64,000 nucleotides of DNA from Candidatus Omnitrophota bacterium (GTDB lineage: Bacteria; Omnitrophota; Gorgyraeia; Gygaellales; Profunditerraquicolaceae), in contig JBFZAT010000022.1 of assembly GCA_041308845.1 (NCBI GenBank), positions 2,701-66,700 on the forward strand, in the 5' to 3' direction. Numbering within the stretch: the first letter of the stretch is position 1; every line of letters starts with the position of its first letter. A program made the position numbers and the translations under genes. Below, piece after piece: positions 59,878-64,000 of this stretch. Below the pieces are notes generated by a model. That model saw nothing but the letters and a program-made list of their open reading frames with translations, was not told the origin of the DNA and searched no databases.

Positions 59878-60030
59878 ATGGGTGAAACTGGATATTGCGT
59901 GAAATGTAAAGGAAAGAAATCGATGAAAGATGAACAGAAAGTTACGATGAAAAACGGCCGGGCGGCAATGAAGGGTAAATGTCCTGAATGCGGGACCGGA
60001 ATGTATAAAATTTTAGGTAAAGCTAAATAA
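59878..60030 (+). CDS. small zinc-ribbon protein, DUF5679-like (50 aa); not present in the supplied ORF track
   Basis: Translation MGETGYCVKCKGKKSMKDEQKVTMKNGRAAMKGKCPECGTGMYKILGKAK has two CxxC pairs. A strong Shine-Dalgarno site and the promoter listed just above precede it. It resembles the DUF5679 small-protein family from memory. Confidence 0.55.
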   Translation: MGETGYCVKCKGKKSMKDEQKVTMKNGRAAMKGKCPECGTGMYKILGKAK

Positions 60031-60093
60031 CCGCTTTTTATTGAAGAGGAGTAAAAAATAGACTCAAAACAATTAGCCCAACGGATAGCCTGG

Positions 60094-60414
60094 GTGGCTA
60101 AATCCAAAAAGGCCCAACAGGTTGTTATTCTGGATGTTTCCAAGGTAGCCGGTTTTTGTGATTATTTCGTGATTGCCAGTGGGACTTCTTTAAGGCAAGC
60201 CTGTGCGATTGCTCAGGCTATTCAGGAAGATTTAGAAATTAAAAAAATTAAATCTCTCTCTAAGGTTTCTCCGAACGATGAATCAGGGTGGATTGCCCTG
60301 GATTATGCTTCGGTTATTGCTCATGCGTTTTATAAACCGGTAAGAGAGTTTTATGGTTTAGAGGGGCTATGGTCTGATGCTAAAAAAGTAAGGGTCATTG
60401 CCCCTAAACGTTAA
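60094..60414 (+). CDS. rsfS: ribosome silencing factor RsfS (Iojap family)
   Basis: QQVVILDVSKVAGFCDYFVIASGTS and the C-terminal WIALDYASVIAH are present. The annotated start is a GTG, and the reading frame stays open for 13 codons upstream without a canonical start. Confidence 0.75.
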   Translation: MAKSKKAQQVVILDVSKVAGFCDYFVIASGTSLRQACAIAQAIQEDLEIKKIKSLSKVSPNDESGWIALDYASVIAHAFYKPVREFYGLEGLWSDAKKVRVIAPKR

Positions 60415-60451
60415 GCTTACCCAATTGCACCAACCGCGAATTTAATCAAAA

Positions 60452-62089
60452 ATGCCCAAGGATATTCAACGCGTTCTGCTAGATTTAGTTAGAAACTGTT
60501 TAGTGCAATTAGGCTGGTGGGAGTATCTCCGGGAAGAGCTCTCTCTTGAACGACCTACTGATAATCGTTTCGGTGATTTCACTACCAATTTAGCTTTAAA
60601 ATTAAGTAAATTATTGAAACGCCCTCCGGCTACTATTGCTGCCGAACTGGTTAATTCTTTGCAAAAACAAATCGCCGAATCCGAACTCCAGTATTTAATC
60701 GCTCAGGTAAAAGTTGAAGGGGCAGGGTTTATAAATTTTTATCTCAAAGAAGATTATTTTTATGAGCAGCTAAGAACGATTATTACTCTAGGCCAGCAGG
60801 CTTTAAGGAGTGATATTGGCTCTTCTCGGAAAGTTTTAATTGAATTTGTCAGCGCTAACCCTACTGGTGCTCTTTCTGTGGCCCACGCCCGTCAGGCAGC
60901 AGTGGGGGATTGCTTAGCCAGGGTTTTAGCTTTTGTCGGTTTCGAAGTCAAGCGGGAGTATTACCTTAATGATGAGGGTAACCAGATTAATATCTTAGGG
61001 GCATCCGTAGGCCTACGGCTTAAAGAATTACAAGGGGAGAAGGTAGAATTCCCAGAGCACTATTACCAGGGTGATTATATTTATGATATTGCCAGAGTTG
61101 CCCAGGACCGTAAGATCAGCCTAGCGGATTTAGGTGATTTTGCTGCGGATTATATCTTAAAAATCATTAAACAGGAATTAAATGATTTCGGAGTTAATTT
61201 CGATTTTTGGTATTCGCAGAAACAGTTGGCTAAGAGCGGAAAAATCGAAGAGGCGTTTAGCCGGCTCAAGGAAAAGGGGTATTTGTATGAAAAAGAGGGA
61301 GCGCTCTGGTTTAAATCTACGGTTTTGGGAGATGATAAAGACCGGGTGATTATTAAAAGTGACGGTAACCAGACATATTTGGCTCCGGATATTGCTTATC
61401 ACGAAGATAAATTTACCCGTGGATTCGACTGGTTGATTAATCTTTGGGGGCCGGATCATCATGGTTATATCCAGCGAATTAAAGCGGCGATTCAGGCCTT
61501 TGGCCATGCGCCAGAGGATTTGGATGTGATCATTGTACAGTTAGCCACCATTTTCCGTAATGGTCAACCGGTGCAAATGTCCACCCGGCGCGGACAATAT
61601 ATAACTTTAAGGGAAGTTTTAGAGGAGGTGGGTGTAGATGCCGCCAGGTTTTTCTTTTTAATGCGTCGGACATCCAGCCATTTGGATTTTGATCTGGAAG
61701 TTGCCAAGAAACAAAGCGCAGAAAATCCGGTATTTTATGTGCAATATGCCTATGCGCGCATCTGTAGTATATTGCGTAGCAGCCAGATACAGATCCGGGA
61801 TGATTTAGATCTCACCGTACTTAAGGAAAAAGAAGAGCTGGACTTGATTAAAAAAATGCTCGGTTTGGCTACTACGCTGAACATCTGCCGGATAACAGTT
61901 GATCCCTATATGCTTACCGTATATTTGCAGGAGCTCTCTGAAAGTTTTCATAAATTTTACGATTTGCACCGGGTTCTGGATCAGGATCTCTCTTTAACTG
62001 CTGCCCGGCTGGCTTTGATCAAAGGGGTAAAGATTATTTTAGCTTGTGGTTTAGAGCTGCTCGGTATTACTCAACCGGAGAAAATGTGA
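60452..62089 (+). CDS. argS: arginyl-tRNA synthetase
   Basis: A class I HIGH-type region (SANPTGALSVAHAR), an anticodon-binding DALR domain and a degenerate KMSK-like C-terminus are present in a 545-aa product. Confidence 0.9.
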   Translation: MPKDIQRVLLDLVRNCLVQLGWWEYLREELSLERPTDNRFGDFTTNLALKLSKLLKRPPATIAAELVNSLQKQIAESELQYLIAQVKVEGAGFINFYLKEDYFYEQLRTIITLGQQALRSDIGSSRKVLIEFVSANPTGALSVAHARQAAVGDCLARVLAFVGFEVKREYYLNDEGNQINILGASVGLRLKELQGEKVEFPEHYYQGDYIYDIARVAQDRKISLADLGDFAADYILKIIKQELNDFGVNFDFWYSQKQLAKSGKIEEAFSRLKEKGYLYEKEGALWFKSTVLGDDKDRVIIKSDGNQTYLAPDIAYHEDKFTRGFDWLINLWGPDHHGYIQRIKAAIQAFGHAPEDLDVIIVQLATIFRNGQPVQMSTRRGQYITLREVLEEVGVDAARFFFLMRRTSSHLDFDLEVAKKQSAENPVFYVQYAYARICSILRSSQIQIRDDLDLTVLKEKEELDLIKKMLGLATTLNICRITVDPYMLTVYLQELSESFHKFYDLHRVLDQDLSLTAARLALIKGVKIILACGLELLGITQPEKM

Positions 62090-62172
62090 GTAAGAAAAAA
62101 TATTAGAGCGTAAACAACTTATAGTCTATTCCTTAATCCATCCTGCCTTAAGCGGAATATAAATACTAAACT

Positions 62173-63861
62173 ATGTCTACCCATTCTATTTTAAGAGTAG
62201 CCACCCCGAATATATCCTTACAGAATCAGCTTTCTAAAGAATTAGGTATTTCTAAGCTATTATCTCAGATCCTAATTAATCGTAAAATAGCCACGCCTGT
62301 AGCTGCAGAAAAGTTTCTTAAAAGTGGAGTTACTGATTTATGCAGTCCGCATTTATTTTCGGATATGTCTTGTGCAGTCAGTTTGGTAAAAAAGGCTCAA
62401 GAGAATAAAGAAAAAGTAATGGTTTTTGGTGATTATGATGTAGACGGGATCACTAGCACAGCCCTGCTTAAAAACACTCTGGTTGGAATGGGGTTAGATG
62501 TTTTACACCATATCCCGCACCGTATTGATGAAGGTTACGGCTTGAATCAGGAGATCGTCGGCTTTGCTAAAGAGAATCAGGTTAAACTTATGATTACCGC
62601 TGATTGCGGGATTGTTAATTATGCAGAGGTGGATGCTTTGCGTCAAGCCAATATCGACGTGATCATTACTGACCACCATGAACCGCAGCATTCCCGTTTA
62701 CCTGCTGCCTCTAGTATTATTAACCCTAAAACTAAGCATTCCGGTTATCCCTTCCGGGAATTAGCTGGAGTGGGAGTGGCTTATAAGCTTGCTCAAGCGT
62801 TGAGTGGTTCTTTATTAATTGATGATTTAGATCTGGTAGCTTTAGGCACGATTGCTGATAGCGTACCGTTGACCGGTGAAAATAGAATAATCGCTAAAGC
62901 CGGTTTGGTTAAATTATCACAAACTAAAAAGATAGGTCTGCGGGCGATCATTGAAAATGCCGGGATCGAAAATAAAAAATTTAATGCTACTTATGTAAGT
63001 TTTATTATTGCTCCTCGCTTAAATGCTCCCGGGCGCATGGATTATGCTGAAGTTTCATTAAAATTATTAATGACCCAGAGTTCATCTGAGGCTACGTATC
63101 TAGCCAAAGAGTTAGAGCAGTTTAATCGTCAGCGCCAGAAAGTTGAAAGTCAAATTTTGGAGGAAGCAGAAGAGTTAATTAATCAGCAGATGAATTTTAA
63201 AGAGCATAAAGTGATTGTAATTGCTAAAGAAGATTGGCATCAGGGCGTTTTAGGGATTGTGGCTTCTAAGTTGGCGGATAGATTTTACCGGCCGGCAATC
63301 GTGATCTCGATCAAAGAAGATTTATGTAAAGGTTCGGCGCGTTCGATTAAAAATTTTCATCTCTTTGAGGCTTTAACAGATTCTAGGCGGCTGCTGGATA
63401 GTTTTGGTGGTCATGCACATGCCGCCGGGTTATTGATTACTAAGGATAATATTGATGAATTTAGAAGAAGCATTAATAAGTTAGCCAGTGATCGCTTGAG
63501 CCTGGAAGATTTACTGCCGAGTAAAGATATCGATGCGGAGTTAGCCTTCGGTGATTTAAACGCAACGTTGGTCAAAGAGCTAGAATGCCTAGAGCCATTC
63601 GGCATGGCCAATCCGGAGCCTTTGTTCTACAGCCGTTTTTTGAAACTTAAAAGCCAGGTTCAACTTTTAAATCGTTGGAATTTAAAATTTTGGGCTACAG
63701 ACGGTACAACTACGCTGGAAGTTATTGCTTTTGGGATGAGTAGCTTAAGAGAGAGTTTGCTGCAGGCAGATTCATTTGATTTGGTTTATACTCCTAAAAT
63801 TGACAGTTGGCGGCAGGAAGAATCAATGATTTTAGAAGCCAAAGATATCTTTTTTAAGTAA
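62173..63861 (+). CDS. recJ: single-stranded-DNA-specific exonuclease RecJ
   Basis: DHH motifs (VFGDYDVDGITS, ITDHHE) and a DHHA1 region (GGHAHAAG) are present in a 562-aa product. Confidence 0.85.
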   Translation: MSTHSILRVATPNISLQNQLSKELGISKLLSQILINRKIATPVAAEKFLKSGVTDLCSPHLFSDMSCAVSLVKKAQENKEKVMVFGDYDVDGITSTALLKNTLVGMGLDVLHHIPHRIDEGYGLNQEIVGFAKENQVKLMITADCGIVNYAEVDALRQANIDVIITDHHEPQHSRLPAASSIINPKTKHSGYPFRELAGVGVAYKLAQALSGSLLIDDLDLVALGTIADSVPLTGENRIIAKAGLVKLSQTKKIGLRAIIENAGIENKKFNATYVSFIIAPRLNAPGRMDYAEVSLKLLMTQSSSEATYLAKELEQFNRQRQKVESQILEEAEELINQQMNFKEHKVIVIAKEDWHQGVLGIVASKLADRFYRPAIVISIKEDLCKGSARSIKNFHLFEALTDSRRLLDSFGGHAHAAGLLITKDNIDEFRRSINKLASDRLSLEDLLPSKDIDAELAFGDLNATLVKELECLEPFGMANPEPLFYSRFLKLKSQVQLLNRWNLKFWATDGTTTLEVIAFGMSSLRESLLQADSFDLVYTPKIDSWRQEESMILEAKDIFFK

Positions 63862-63874
63862 TGTTTTTGATTCT

Positions 63875-63899
63875 AGGGGTAGCTTTTTTAAAATCCCCT
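63875..63899 (+). terminator. possible weak intrinsic terminator after recJ
   Basis: AGGGG-(15-nt A/T-rich loop)-CCCCT is followed by CTTTTAAT. The stem is short and the loop is long. Confidence 0.25.
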
Positions 63900-64000
63900 C
63901 TTTTAATGCATTTAGCACAGATAAAAACTCTTTTAGTTGCGCCTTGGACTAGTATATTTACTTTTTGTAGGTTTGGTAGAAATTTACGCTTAGACCAACG

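Noticed and set aside
63906-64000. Possible tRNA or new gene start in the last ~100 bp
   Set aside because: No cloverleaf-compatible sequence and no ORF with a ribosome-binding site is present. The window ends before anything can be judged.

Overview
The window is a dense, entirely co-directional block of about 65 protein-coding genes, all on the + strand, from an AT-rich Gram-negative-type bacterium. Nearly all are core housekeeping genes. From start to end they fall into blocks: (1) KDO/LPS: kdsB (C-terminal fragment), kdsA, kdsD, kdsC, one OstA-like lptC/lptA-type ORF and lptB, the same order as the E. coli kdsD-kdsC-lptC-lptA-lptB cluster. (2) tig (short form) and clpP. (3) serine biosynthesis (class V aminotransferase, serA), a secreted protein, an HMGL-like synthase and purA. 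(4) an OmpA-like lipoprotein and a coiled-coil membrane protein, then DUF4912 with a GH57 branching enzyme. (5) isoprenoid/envelope genes uppS, cdsA, dxr, rseP and ispG, then an orphan CpaF-like ATPase and proS. (6) rimP, nusA and infB. (7) trpS, scpA and ruvB. (8) queuosine/tRNA modification genes queH, queA, tgt and trmD, with a GHL10-like ORF inserted. (9) rplS, rnhB and yraN. (10) a C1/Wood-Ljungdahl module of fchA-like, folD, metF and an acetyl-CoA synthase A-cluster subunit acsB. (11) a TPR protein, polA, glgA, coaE, rho, rpmE, prfA, prmC and murA. (12) a trp operon lacking trpE (trpG, D, C, F, a small zinc-ribbon ORF, trpB, trpA). (13) an M16 peptidase, a CNNM/CBS membrane protein, a small DUF5679-like ORF that is absent from the supplied ORF track, then rsfS, argS and recJ. 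I saw no rRNA, tRNA, CRISPR array, transposase, integrase or other mobile element. I found no convincing defence island or obviously novel multi-gene system. The points most worth a second look are the following: a stand-alone AcsB with an N-terminal extension next to fchA-folD-metF, without CODH or CFeSP partners in the window; a secreted pseudo-5'-nucleotidase fused to CxxC thioredoxin-like modules; an orphan CpaF/TadA ATPase inserted into the conserved ispG-proS block; a ProRS in which a 4-5-Cys ribbon replaces the editing domain; a trigger factor without a PPIase domain; and small Zn-ribbon ORFs. Every call here comes from reading motifs in the translated ORFs. No database search was run.
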